Shown here in pieces: positions 1 to 9,584 of a stretch of 64,000 nt of DNA (its first letter is position 1; every line of letters starts with the position of its first letter). Below the pieces are notes generated by a model. The model made no database searches. It saw only the letters and a program-made list of their open reading frames with translations, and was not told the DNA's origin. The translations under genes and the position numbers were made by a program. Source of the DNA: Nitrosopumilus sp. (lineage in GTDB: Archaea; Thermoproteota; Nitrososphaeria; Nitrososphaerales; Nitrosopumilaceae). The DNA is taken from the NCBI GenBank assembly GCA_965203315.1, contig OZ241857.1, forward strand, positions 96,001 to 160,000. The letters run 5' to 3'.

Positions 1-1
1 A

Positions 2-232
2 CAACGTACTCAGTCTCTTTAGACTCCATCTACCAACAGTCGCTGCTGTTGCACCAACAGCCGCAAGTACAAACACATTGAGCGTTGGATCTAGTAGATA
101 GAATGACACTAGTACTATCCAACTCGGTGGCATCAAGATCGGTGACGCATTGATTCCAATCAATACGAGAAATATGCCAAAATATGAAAGACTAGCAAAG
201 AGTTCAAAGATATCATCCAATGATTGTGTCAC
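2..232 (-). CDS. Membrane protein, DedA/SNARE-associated-like (partial, runs off the window start)
   Basis: Manual translation from GTG at 232: VTQSLDDIFELFASLSYFGIFLVLIGINASPILMPPSWIVLVSFYLLDPTLNVFVLAAVGATAATVGR; hydrophobic, with a P-x-x-x-P-P re-entrant-type motif. Confidence 0.65.
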   Translation of the reverse strand, partial: MTQSLDDIFELFASLSYFGIFLVLIGINASPILMPPSWIVLVSFYLLDPTLNVFVLAAVGATAATVGRWSLKRLSTL

Positions 233-984
233 GCTGTTTTTATTTCTAAATCTTATCTCGTAGGCTGTATCATCGATTTTAGATCCTCTCTAGATATTGT
301 CCTCTAGATATACAAATCAAGTGATCAAATCTGTTCAGTGCTGTTTACAAACCTAAAACTTGCTTATTAATCCCATGTGAAGTTTAAAGATCGATTTCTA
401 TGGTTGACTATATTGCGTAGATGCAAACGGTTCTATAAATTGCATAGTATGTCACAATCTGCCAGGATATCTTTTCTACATTGCATTCGGTCAAACGTCA
501 AGTCTTGGATATGATATACTGGCTTGTTTTTGATATGTGTATCGTCGCCTCTCGATAACACTATATTGCAATAACACATTCTTGTATGCTCTACCTAGTT
601 TGTGACATGTGTCATATATCTAGAATTCATCGACTTAACATCTTGAGCAATGACTGTAACATATATGGCCGCGAACATAATGATTTTCCTAGTCTGTTGT
701 ATCACAATTTGGCGTTAGATGTTCTGCCAGAGGTAAATTCCGCTCCCGATTACACATATGCGGGAATAACAAGAAAACAATTCAGTTCGTGACTATAGTA
801 TCGTTATGTTTCCAGTTTTTAATAGATTGTATAATGGATTATCGATCGTAACATGTTGAACGAGATCGCTAAAGGCAACTCTTCTAATTGATATGTAATG
901 ATATGTTGAGATCAATATTCTGTACAAAACAGATACGACTATTTGTCCAATATCTTTATAAGCGATTTCAGTCTTTACTATATT

Positions 985-1107
985 ATGTCTTATGTGGTTT
1001 GGAAATGTTTTCGTTGCAATCTAATCTTCAAGGACTACAATCTAGCTGAGATTCATAAACAGATATCAAATCACTCAATCTCTAAAGTAAAGACGGTTGT
1101 TGCATAG
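985..1107 (+). CDS. Small C2H2-like zinc-finger protein (40 aa)
   Basis: MSYVVWKCFRCNLIFKDYNLAEIHKQISNHSISKVKTVVA; CxxC...H...H; TTTATA box ~30 bp upstream. Confidence 0.7.
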   Translation: MSYVVWKCFRCNLIFKDYNLAEIHKQISNHSISKVKTVVA

Positions 1108-1109
1108 TT

Positions 1110-1211
1110 TGGTGCAGAGAGTGGGATTTGAACCCACGAACTCCTAAGAGAAGGGATATCTTAATCGAGATCTTGAGTCCCTCTCGGTTGACCGAGCTTC
1201 GATATCTCTGC
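1110..1211 (-). tRNA. tRNA-Leu(CAA) with ~14-nt intron at the canonical 37/38 position; CCA encoded
   Basis: Reverse complement GCAGAGATATCGAAGCTCGGTCAACCGAG-AGGGA CT CAA G[ATCTCGATTAAGAT]A TCCCT-long variable arm-GTGGGTTCAAATCCCAC TCTCTGC ACCA. Confidence 0.92.
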
Positions 1212-1409
1212 AATATATGTACCAAAGATCTAGTATTTTTCAGTTTGCAAATCCTCGTTATACTGTATCAACTTGAGATATAATCTAGGTCATATGTTCC
1301 TCTACAATGGATTCTTTTCGTCAGCACGACAGCAAGATCATTTATGTTGAAATCTATCTTACAGATACTCAAGAGAAGGCTTATAATTGTCAAATATACG
1401 CAAAAAACA

Positions 1410-1724
1410 ATGAGCGAATTTGTATCAATCGCAGAGGCGAAGAACATGCGTGGCGGTATAAATCTCAAAGCCAAAGTGAAAGAGAAGAAAGAGCCGCGAA
1501 CCGTCAACCTCAAACGAGGTGGGTCAACAGATGTATGTGATGCAATAATAACTGATGTTGAAGATACCGGTGATGAAATGAATTTCACACTGTGGGGTGA
1601 TGAGATTCAGAAGGTAAATCAAGGTGATATTGTTGTCATCACAAACGGATACTCTAACGAGTTTAGAGGTGTAGTCTCTATATCAACAGGCAAGTACGGC
1701 AAGATGGATGTAAATCCACAATAA
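1410..1724 (+). CDS. Single-stranded DNA-binding protein (single OB fold, SSB/RPA)
   Basis: OB-fold pattern INLKAKV...VCDAIITD...TGDEMNFTLWG...GDIVVITNGY...GKYGKM; likely start MSEFV at 1410. Confidence 0.85.
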   Translation: MSEFVSIAEAKNMRGGINLKAKVKEKKEPRTVNLKRGGSTDVCDAIITDVEDTGDEMNFTLWGDEIQKVNQGDIVVITNGYSNEFRGVVSISTGKYGKMDVNPQ

Positions 1725-1805
1725 TTCCCTCTGTAGTCCCATTCTCCTTTAATATTTTATATAAAAAAACTAAAGAACCCATTCTCTATAACGCACAAGC
1801 GTTGT

Positions 1806-2834
1806 CTATCTGCGGGTCCTTTTAGATTGATTCTTTCTATCTGTGGACTTTGCTTTCTTTGTAGGTTTTGAGAGTTTTGTGGGGCGTCTTGATTTACTAG
1901 TTCTCTTTTTAGATCCTGTCTTTGCAGCTGTCTTTTTGCTAGCACTCGACTTTGTCTTTGCACTACCAATCTTTGTCTTTGCAGCTGTCTTTTTGCTAGC
2001 ACTCGACTTTGTCTTTGCACTACCAATCTTTGTCTTTGCAGCTGTCTTTTTGCTAGCACTCGACTTTGTCTTTGCACTACCAATCTTTGTCTTTGCAGCT
2101 GTCTTTTTGCTAGCACTCGACTTTGTCTTTGCACTACCAATCTTTGTCTTTGCAGCTGTCTTTTTGCTAGCACTCGACTTTGTCTTTGCACTACCAATCT
2201 TTGTCTTTGCAGCTGTCTTTGTATTACGTTCGGCAAGCTTTTCGACTGCTTTTGCAAACGCTGTCTTGGCAGAAACCTCTCTTTTTTCAAGCTTGTCTAG
2301 TTCTTTGGAGAGTTTCGCAATCTCTTTGTCACTGGTGTCTATCTCTGTATGTAGTGATGGTTTCATATCTGATTGTTTCTCAAGTTTGGTGTTGATGTCG
2401 TCGAATACTTTTTGCTGCGCTGACACTTCACTGGAAATCTTTTCAGCTGCACTTTTACGTTGCTTGATCTCCTCGGACAACTCGACTACACGTGAGTTTA
2501 TCTCTTGAAGATCTGACTGCTTTGCATCTGCGCTGATTGGAGAGTTTTGAATCCTTTTTATTGCAGCCTGTTCTGTCTTGAGGCGTTGCTCTGCTATAGA
2601 CGTTAGACGCTCGATACTGTCTAGTTGGGCTTTCTTTTGTGTCAGAGTTGCAGATATCTCATCCAAACTCTCTTGCTCAGACTCAATCCTTCGATCTGTT
2701 GTAGCGATGCTAGCTGCAGAACGACGATTTACCGCTCTTGCCGCTTCGAGCCGCCTCTTTGCACCTCGCTTCAACTTTGTCGCTTCACTCTTTTCTTGGC
2801 GAAGTTGGATTACCAACTTTTCTAGTGATACCAT
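1806..2834 (-). CDS. Coiled-coil protein with Lys/Ala/Ser/Thr-rich, histone-H1-like repetitive C-terminal tail
   Basis: Heptad-rich N-terminal ~200 aa followed by the 19-aa repeat KTAAKTKIGSAKTKSSASK. Confidence 0.75.
   Translation of the reverse strand: MVSLEKLVIQLRQEKSEATKLKRGAKRRLEAARAVNRRSAASIATTDRRIESEQESLDEISATLTQKKAQLDSIERLTSIAEQRLKTEQAAIKRIQNSPISADAKQSDLQEINSRVVELSEEIKQRKSAAEKISSEVSAQQKVFDDINTKLEKQSDMKPSLHTEIDTSDKEIAKLSKELDKLEKREVSAKTAFAKAVEKLAERNTKTAAKTKIGSAKTKSSASKKTAAKTKIGSAKTKSSASKKTAAKTKIGSAKTKSSASKKTAAKTKIGSAKTKSSASKKTAAKTKIGSAKTKSSASKKTAAKTGSKKRTSKSRRPTKLSKPTKKAKSTDRKNQSKRTRR
1918..2220. repeat. Perfect 57-bp tandem repeat, 5 full copies plus a partial copy
   Basis: Unit TTTGCAGCTGTCTTTTTGCTAGCACTCGACTTTGTCTTTGCACTACCAATCTTTGTC at 1921, 1978, 2035, 2092, 2149 and partial at 2206. 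Confidence 0.95.
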
Positions 2835-3049
2835 ATTTTCAATAGAGTGTTTTACTTGCTTAAGTTTTTAACGTAATAATGATTTGACTTTCAAGTTAAG
2901 AAAATTTAGGTAAATTATTGCCCATTACTCGGATATCACTTGTTATGTTTTGCATATTGAACAACACCTATGTATAAAATGGAATGTGAAATCGATACAC
3001 TTCGTGTCTATGATCGCCGAATCACAAACTTGACGAGCTACGTTTTTAA

Positions 3050-4099
3050 TTGAATGATCCAGTTGATAGTTGGATGGACGAGCTAGATCGTGAGATTTTA
3101 AATGAGATCCAATGGACGTTTCCTCTCGTCTCTAGACCATTTGATTATATGGCTACAAAGTTTAACACCGCTCCTCAAGTCATAAAGGATCGACTAGAAT
3201 CTCTAAAGGCTGAAGGCATACTACGACAACTTGGAGCAATCTTTGATACACGAAGACTAGGATACACTAGTTCACTAGTTGCAATGGAGATCGATCCATC
3301 TAGACTAGAGTATGTTGCAAGTATGATAAACCGTCATCCGGGCGTTAGCCACAACTATGAACGCGATCACCAATTCAATCTCTGGTTTACACTGGCTGTT
3401 CCGCCAGGCTCTGATCTAGAGGACGAACTTGAAAAGTTCAACGTTATTCAAGGTATACGAAAAGTTCGCATACTGCCGACACTACAACTCTTCAAGATTG
3501 GCGTCAAACTTGACATGGTTGAATCAAAGAGACACAAAGTTGCACCGACCGAGACAAAGAAGACTGTATCGGAGATACCGTTCATACCTGACGAAGACGA
3601 CAAGAGATTCGTACGAGAACTACAGAAGGATATGGATATTATAGATGAACCGTTTGTCAAAACTGCTAACAAACTTGGGATGACCGAAAGCGAACTTTTT
3701 GAAAAGATGCGTTACTATGAAGAGATTGGTGTCATGCGCAGATTTGCGGCGATCTTGAGACATCGGCAGGTAGGATTCACCGCAAACGGAATGATAGTTT
3801 GGCGTGTACCAAAAGACCGTATCGATCAAGTGGGCGCAATGCTTGGTGCATTTCCCCAAGTAAGTCACTGTTACCAACGTCCTACATATCCAGACTGGCC
3901 ATACAATGTATTCTCTATGATTCACTGCAAGACCCATGATGAAGCCAAGCAGATGGCAAAAGAGATACAATCTCAGATAGACGTTGATGATTACAAGATA
4001 CTGTTCAGTCTACGTGAGTTTAAAAAGACACGTGTAGAGTACTTTGTTGAAAACTCGTTCAATCTTCATGATGTAATTCAATCACAAATTCACGACTAG
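3050..4099 (+). CDS. ahbAB: Siroheme decarboxylase AhbA/AhbB fusion (NirDL-type, two Lrp/AsnC-like halves)
   Basis: HPGVSHNYERDHQFNLWFT and FPQVSHCYQRP...WPYNVFSMIH...REFKKT motifs. Confidence 0.88.
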   Translation: MNDPVDSWMDELDREILNEIQWTFPLVSRPFDYMATKFNTAPQVIKDRLESLKAEGILRQLGAIFDTRRLGYTSSLVAMEIDPSRLEYVASMINRHPGVSHNYERDHQFNLWFTLAVPPGSDLEDELEKFNVIQGIRKVRILPTLQLFKIGVKLDMVESKRHKVAPTETKKTVSEIPFIPDEDDKRFVRELQKDMDIIDEPFVKTANKLGMTESELFEKMRYYEEIGVMRRFAAILRHRQVGFTANGMIVWRVPKDRIDQVGAMLGAFPQVSHCYQRPTYPDWPYNVFSMIHCKTHDEAKQMAKEIQSQIDVDDYKILFSLREFKKTRVEYFVENSFNLHDVIQSQIHD

Positions 4100-5097
4100 T
4101 TATGTTTGGGCAATGTTGCCTTTAGCTCATATGGTGGCCATGTATTGTATATGGACTCTATCTCCTTCATATCCGATTGTGGTATGTATCTTCCATCTGC
4201 CATAGATGCATAATTGATCACCTCTTCTTCACTCACGACTGTTGGAAAGACTGAAGCAAATCCTTTCTTGGACAGGATAAACTTTATCGCGAGCTCTGTG
4301 ATTGTTAATTCATTCTGTTCTGCTATATGTCGCAGCTCTTCAACTTTTTGGAGTGCTGATCTTATCCACTCACCTTTTCTTACAGATCTATGATCCCTCT
4401 CATCTATCTTTGTGTCTGCGTTTACCTTCCCAGTCAATATTCCTGATGCCTCTGGAACTCTAACTAGAATACTTGAATCATGTTGTACTGCAGACTCCAT
4501 CAGTTCATTTCCTGGTGTCTGTTCTAGTATGTTGTATACTGTTTGTATTGCATTGATGTTTGTTCTCTTTATTGCTTCTAACCCCTCTTGTGCCCATCCT
4601 ATCGCAGGTCCTAACGCAACCTGACACGTTCTAACTTTTCCCTCTGAGACGAACTGATCTAGCAGATCAAATATAGAGTCATCTCGTATGTGGTGTAACT
4701 TGGGATTATGTAGTCCATACACATCTACATGATCAGTCTTCAATCTTGTTAAACTGTCTCCAAGCGCTCTTTTAGTAAACTCTTCATCAAATCTCTGTGG
4801 TAACTCTCTGTGCCCTATCTGTTCCACACCATTAAAGTCATATCCGTACTTGGTTGATATGATTACGTCGTTACGTATACCTGCGAGTGCTTTACCTAAC
4901 AACTCTTCACTCTTTCCTTTACCATACATGTCGGCGGTCTCAAAAAAGTTGATTCCCAAATCATGTGCTTTTTTGATCATTCGCAGCGCTTCATCACTCT
5001 CGATCTTTTTACCCCACCAATCCAAGGCTATAGACCATGCTCCAAATCCGATCTCAGATACAGAGATGTCAGTATTGCCGAGCTTATTGTATCTCAA
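4096..5097 (-). CDS. Aldo/keto reductase
   Basis: LGNTDISVSEIGFGAW, GINFFETADMYG, STKYG, SLTRLKTDHVDVYGLH, QTVYNILEQ. Confidence 0.93.
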   Translation of the reverse strand: MRYNKLGNTDISVSEIGFGAWSIALDWWGKKIESDEALRMIKKAHDLGINFFETADMYGKGKSEELLGKALAGIRNDVIISTKYGYDFNGVEQIGHRELPQRFDEEFTKRALGDSLTRLKTDHVDVYGLHNPKLHHIRDDSIFDLLDQFVSEGKVRTCQVALGPAIGWAQEGLEAIKRTNINAIQTVYNILEQTPGNELMESAVQHDSSILVRVPEASGILTGKVNADTKIDERDHRSVRKGEWIRSALQKVEELRHIAEQNELTITELAIKFILSKKGFASVFPTVVSEEEVINYASMADGRYIPQSDMKEIESIYNTWPPYELKATLPKHN

Positions 5098-5283
5098 TGT
5101 CTAGATCACATGATCTCTTCATTTATGTTTATGTTGTGAGTGATCTTACATTGGTTGCTTTGATATGTAGATAAACATCAACAATGCGTGCCGTATAACT
5201 TTGGAAAAACTTTGGTGTCAAATATCACATCTTCATTGACTGGGATAAATCATACTTAAGTAGTGTGTTGTCTAGTATTAATC

Positions 5284-5397
5284 GTGAGTAATTGTCTTGA
5301 ATTCAAGTGTGACTTTTGTGGACGAAACTTTGGCTCAAACGTAATTGATCTTGCATTACACATCGGTAGGGTACACGATCAACCACGAGACAGATGA
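5284..5397 (+). CDS. Small C2H2 zinc-finger protein (37 aa)
   Basis: GTG start; FKCDFCGRNFGSNVIDLALHIGRVH. Confidence 0.7.
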   Translation: MSNCLEFKCDFCGRNFGSNVIDLALHIGRVHDQPRDR

Positions 5398-5688
5398 AAT
5401 CCAACAGTTGTTCAATTAGCAGATTGTTATCTGTTTAGATGTATGTTGTTCGTATGTTGAGATAAATGTACATCTGAGGCGTATCTATTATGTGTCCTGA
5501 TCTTTGTTTGTGTGATGTCACATCTGTCATCGTTCCTAATGACTGTGATGTGGGCTATGCATAGAATTGTATATGTAGCTAAATCTGTATCTTTTACCGA
5601 ATATTTTGATCGATAAAGCGTTCATCCAAGTTGTTCATTATTACTGGAAATAATGCGTTTTAATTTCAAATAGTGACATTTTGCATAT

Positions 5689-5862
5689 CTATCCATATAT
5701 GATGCAATGTTCACATTCGCAATTTGATTGTTCTTTTGTTTTTTTGAGGCAACGTTTGTGCTGACCAGCTTGACATTGAACGCATATCTCGTCTAAATTC
5801 TCGATACTTGTATATTTTTTTGACTGATCAAAGCCAAATCCACCATCTTTTGGTCCTACCAT
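5689..5862 (-). CDS. Small Cys-rich protein (57 aa)
   Basis: MVGPKDGGFGFDQSKKYTSIENLDEICVQCQAGQHKRCLKKTKEQSNCECEHCIIYG; starts 7 bp after the upstream small ORF. Confidence 0.65.
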   Translation of the reverse strand: MVGPKDGGFGFDQSKKYTSIENLDEICVQCQAGQHKRCLKKTKEQSNCECEHCIIYG

Positions 5863-5869
5863 ATCTTAC

Positions 5870-6016
5870 TCACTTGTCTGTACTATTTTTATCTTGATTA
5901 TCCTTTGGATTGTCCCACATGTGCATTGTACCACGAATCATAAACGCACCCACAATTATGGCGACGATTCCACCAACTATGAACCCAAAGAATCTGCCTA
6001 TGTCGGATATTGCCAT
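5870..6016 (-). CDS. Small single-TM membrane protein (48 aa)
   Basis: MAISDIGRFFGFIVGGIVAIIVGAFMIRGTMHMWDNPKDNQDKNSTDK. Confidence 0.6.
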   Translation of the reverse strand: MAISDIGRFFGFIVGGIVAIIVGAFMIRGTMHMWDNPKDNQDKNSTDK

Positions 6017-6092
6017 GATAGTATCTATGACGACTCGATAATTATAGTTGTATAGCTTAATTCAATAATGCCTTATTCTACAACCCATGTGA

Positions 6093-6191
6093 TTGTCTAA
6101 AATCAAACAGATCGTGGCGTGGATTGCTATAATTGGTGGAGGTATCGGCTTCTTCTTCTTTTCGCAATATATGGCAGAGATCATGAGATGA
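6093..6191 (+). CDS. Small single-TM protein (32 aa)
   Basis: TTG start; SKIKQIVAWIAIIGGGIGFFFFSQYMAEIMR. Confidence 0.5.
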   Translation: MSKIKQIVAWIAIIGGGIGFFFFSQYMAEIMR

Positions 6192-6238
6192 GCAATTCAT
6201 GCGGATAGTATTTTATACAAATTACGAATCTATGTCGT

Positions 6239-6679
6239 ATGATATCTGATGAGATCAATGATCTCTTGAATCGCTCCAAGTTGGGTTTTGTAGCAACCGT
6301 CTCACCTAACGGTAAACCCAACGTCTCGCCTAAAGGAACAATAATTTGTTGGAGTGACAAAACCCTTGCATTTGCAAACATTCGTTCGCCTGACACAATT
6401 CGAAATATTAGACATCAGTCTGATATCGAGATCAACGTTGTTGATCCTATACTGCGAAGAGGATTTTTGTTTCAAGGCAATGCCCGAGTTATTAGCGATG
6501 GTGCACTATTTGATGAGATATTGACATATTATCGATCTAGTGGAGTACGTAGCAAGATATCTGATATAGTTCTAGTTGATGTTGAAGTGATAACAGAGAT
6601 CACGTCCCCCTTATATGATCTAGGAATATCTGAAGATGAGATCGCGTCTAGATGGCGACAACATTATACAAATTTATGA
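6239..6679 (+). CDS. Pyridoxamine 5'-phosphate oxidase-like FMN/F420-binding split-barrel protein
   Basis: GFVATVSPNGKPNVSPKG...SPDTIRNI...RRGFLFQGNA. Confidence 0.85.
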   Translation: MISDEINDLLNRSKLGFVATVSPNGKPNVSPKGTIICWSDKTLAFANIRSPDTIRNIRHQSDIEINVVDPILRRGFLFQGNARVISDGALFDEILTYYRSSGVRSKISDIVLVDVEVITEITSPLYDLGISEDEIASRWRQHYTNL

Positions 6680-7381
6680 TTCTGCTCTCTTTCGAGTCTC
6701 TTCATGCTCTTTGCGTTCTCGCTCTAGTAGTAGATGGACTGCTTCTAACTCTCTTTGCGTCGCAGCAAGTTTTGCCTTGAGTGAACCAACAACTACACCT
6801 GCTGCCTCTATTATGCCACTCTTGGTCTTGCTTTGTATGGACTCGATCTCGTTTTGTAACTGTCCTTCTTTGGGACCTTGTTTGTCCAGATCTCTTTTTG
6901 CTGCATATAGTTTAGAGTTTATCTCCTCAAGTTCTTCGGATGTCTCGATATGTTGCTTTCTGATTAGGTGCAATGCTGTTTTTTCTCGTTCTAGATCTGC
7001 ATTTACAGTATCGCGTGTCTTTGTCATGGTACGCAGCTCTTCTTTCATCTCTTCTAGTTTACCAGATGTCTTTTCAAATTCGCTATTTTTATCAGATTTT
7101 AATCTCTGTGAATCTCTGATCTTTGTAATCATCTTTTGATATTCGTCTTTTGCCACTTCTAGATCTCGTCTCTTTTCATTCAACTCTCTCTTTACTGTCA
7201 TCAGATTCGAAACCGTTGCATCGTACTCATCCTTCACCGATCTGATCATAGCGTGTAGTTTACCAATCTCCCTCTCTTCCTCTACGATCTCTTTTTGTAA
7301 CTCCTCACTCTTTCTCTCTAATGCGTCTGGTTCATCTTTGATTGGTTCTGTATGCTTGCGACTGAATAGATTCATTTGCAA
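6674..7381 (-). CDS. Coiled-coil hypothetical protein
   Basis: 235-aa E/K-rich heptad ORF. Confidence 0.7.
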   Translation of the reverse strand: MQMNLFSRKHTEPIKDEPDALERKSEELQKEIVEEEREIGKLHAMIRSVKDEYDATVSNLMTVKRELNEKRRDLEVAKDEYQKMITKIRDSQRLKSDKNSEFEKTSGKLEEMKEELRTMTKTRDTVNADLEREKTALHLIRKQHIETSEELEEINSKLYAAKRDLDKQGPKEGQLQNEIESIQSKTKSGIIEAAGVVVGSLKAKLAATQRELEAVHLLLERERKEHEETRKRAES

Positions 7382-7517
7382 TAGTTATGGGCGTGTTGCT
7401 ATTCTTATTCTTTTTTAGTTCTGCTCGGTAGGGTATTTGTATGAATAGTTTGGGTCTTGTGTCTGATCTGCAAGATCTCTTCATCTAGATTGAGCCATTG
7501 TCATCTTTGCATTGATG

Positions 7518-7619
7518 GGGCTTCATCTTGTGATTAGGCACAAGACTATCAAAATATCTCATGGACGACTATCACAAAACTTGTGGAATAATCTCTCAAA
7601 ATAATCGCCGGACAGAGCC
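7518..7619. mobile_element. Degenerate MITE-like repeat, family C
   Basis: Reverse complement matches 39379-39483 (GATTATTTTGAGA...GTCGTCCA...TTGATAGT.TTGTGCCTAAT). Confidence 0.55.
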
Positions 7620-7630
7620 TGATACGGTAG

Positions 7631-7741
7631 GATCTCTTTTGATTTACACGAGATGTAATTTTTACAGAAAACGTACAAGATTTTAGAGACATTTTAGAAA
7701 AAAGTCTTGCGAAAAGCCATCCCACGTAAACCGAAAAGATC
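7631..7741. mobile_element. MITE family A (~110 bp)
   Basis: Imperfect terminal inverted repeats GATCTCTTTTGATTTACAC / GTAAACCGAAAAGATC; similar to 27494-27610 and 59735-59848. Confidence 0.7.
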
Positions 7742-7855
7742 CTTGTTAACGTCTTTGTACAAATTATCTTTGAGATAGCACAGAATCATATGCTTGTGCC
7801 AAAAGCATAACTTGTTGTTTGGTGGACGTACATTTCTATAGTCGTATTGACGTTT

Positions 7856-8041
7856 TTAGAGCGGTTTGAAATCTGATCTATCGAGTAACTCTATAATTTT
7901 GTCAATCTCTTTTGGGTACTTGACTCCTCTACTGCTTAACATGTTCAACAGTCCTTGTAGATCAACATATCTTATTCCTAATGTCGATGCTACTTTTTGT
8001 GCCTTCTTGTCATCCAATATACAATAGACACTGTCTTTGTA
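7856..8041 (-). pseudogene. PIN-domain (DUF3368-like) toxin, 3' fragment
   Basis: YKDSVYCILDDKKAQKVASTLGIRYVDLQGLL...; joins 9288-9584 in frame when the IS and one TSD are removed. Confidence 0.8.
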
Positions 8042-9287
8042 CAGACATCGCAAATGTACGTGTAAATTTTGGCATCTAGGGTGCAATCGGCTCAGGCGGA
8101 GGCTCAGGTGGGATCTCGATCAATGTTTGCACTGTTTTAAGAAACAAGCTTTGGTACATCTTGTGAGATGTGATACCTTCAACCAACAATACAAGATTGA
8201 ATATAGTCCACAAGTTTAGCAACATTTGTGCAGACATGAACATGTATGTTCTACACGGTGTTGATCTACTGTGAGTTCTAACACGCATATTTCGAGTAAA
8301 TTTGAATCCATTCTCAATCTCCCAACGATCGCGATATTTCTCTAGATCAATATTTGGATCATTTGTTGCAAATGCTCTATACTCTTCTGGGTCATCTCTG
8401 TCACGAGTTATTATGATGTAACATCCTGCTTGATCCTTGTTGTTCTTTATTACATATTTTGACACTCTAACTCGTTCTCCTCGTTTGTATTCCTCTATTG
8501 CTTTTTTTATGCCAGAAGTGTTTACGCATGGCATCAGATATTTGTGTCTAGTTCCATTCAAGAATTTGATCATAGCAACTGAATAAAACCCACGATCGGC
8601 AACAAACAGCGCTGGTCTTGTAGAGTTTATTTCGTAAAAATCTACAATTTTAGGCATAAAATCAGCATTTTTTTCCCCTTTTTTGACTGAAAATGTAGAT
8701 AAAACAAGTCTTGTGCCGGGGTTGACCAGCTGTGCAGAGATGTGTGTCTCAAATACAGTCGTACCATCTTTCGCTCTACCCTTAATCAGATCTGGATTAT
8801 CTTTATCATATCTTGAAAAACTCGTTCTGTCTACTCCAATGATAGGATGTCGAGGAAAGCGACCAAGCCGTTTTAGCTCTGACAGGTGTTGCGTCACGGC
8901 ATACTTGAATATCTCATCTATCGGTTTCTCACACGTCTCTTCGATCCTCTTCCTAATCCATTCGCCTGTAGGTGCATAACCATCACTATCTCTGATCAAT
9001 CTGGAACGATCAGCAGGAGATTTGTTTGCTACTGCCGCATCTATGATGATCTTGAGTCCGTCCCATTTTGTGTATTTGGCATTGTGATAATTAGATACTT
9101 TGAATGGTATCTGATCCATAGCGTTTATGAAAATATATCTATAAGTAGAACGGTTTCTAGATACTGCTTGTCTCAGCGAGTCTGATTGTTTGCGCATTAG
9201 ATTCCTGAGACATGCAATCCTTATTGACTTTGTTTGATCGATATTTTTGATCTTTTGGTTAAATTATAGTTACTTTTGCGATGTCTG
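8042..9287 (-). mobile_element. IS element, ISH3/IS4-like, complete
   Basis: TIR CAGACATCGCAAATGTA / TACTTTTGCGATGTCTG; 6-bp TSD TTTGTA at 8036-8041 and 9288-9293. Confidence 0.9.
8076..9197 (-). CDS. DDE transposase (ISH3/IS4-like)
   Basis: IGVDRT, VADRGFYS, YRDRWEIENGFK (YREK motif). Confidence 0.9.
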   Translation of the reverse strand: MRKQSDSLRQAVSRNRSTYRYIFINAMDQIPFKVSNYHNAKYTKWDGLKIIIDAAVANKSPADRSRLIRDSDGYAPTGEWIRKRIEETCEKPIDEIFKYAVTQHLSELKRLGRFPRHPIIGVDRTSFSRYDKDNPDLIKGRAKDGTTVFETHISAQLVNPGTRLVLSTFSVKKGEKNADFMPKIVDFYEINSTRPALFVADRGFYSVAMIKFLNGTRHKYLMPCVNTSGIKKAIEEYKRGERVRVSKYVIKNNKDQAGCYIIITRDRDDPEEYRAFATNDPNIDLEKYRDRWEIENGFKFTRNMRVRTHSRSTPCRTYMFMSAQMLLNLWTIFNLVLLVEGITSHKMYQSLFLKTVQTLIEIPPEPPPEPIAP

Positions 9288-9584
9288 TTTGTACACACTT
9301 AATTTCATGTAGGTTAGAATTACATCTATCTCACCATGTTTTAGCTTTCTGTAGGTTTTCCCAAAGTCTTCTATCTCTTCAAATGTGTTCAAATTTAACC
9401 GAGCGAGTTTGCCTTCGCCGATTAATCTGTCGGCATTTGCTCGTGAGTTTTTATCTTTTAATTCTTTCCACACATAGTATGGTATTGATAACTCGTGTCC
9501 TAATTGCAAAATAACATCAAACGCTTTTGGATATTGGAATTGGTTAAATATCGCAATAAGTTGCGAAGTGTCAAAAATTTTCAA
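9288..9584 (-). pseudogene. PIN-domain (DUF3368-like) toxin, 5' fragment
   Basis: MKIFDTSQLI...IPYYVWKEL...LKHGEIDVI PIN motifs; truncated by the IS. Confidence 0.8.

Noticed and set aside
586-792. ORF 586-792 and other short intergenic or antisense ORFs in the track
   Set aside because: They lack recognisable motifs or plausible composition, and most overlap better-supported genes or repeats.
1110-1211. tRNA intron as an unusual feature
   Set aside because: A short intron at position 37/38 is the canonical archaeal arrangement, and endA is present.
1918-2220. Tandem arrays at 1918-2220 and 28566-28805 as CRISPR arrays
   Set aside because: Units are identical and head-to-tail with no unique spacers, lie in frame within ORFs, and no cas genes are present.
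1757-2508. Alternative-frame ORFs 1757-2290 (-) and 1843-2508 (+)
   Set aside because: They are shadow frames kept open by the stop-free 57-bp repeat.
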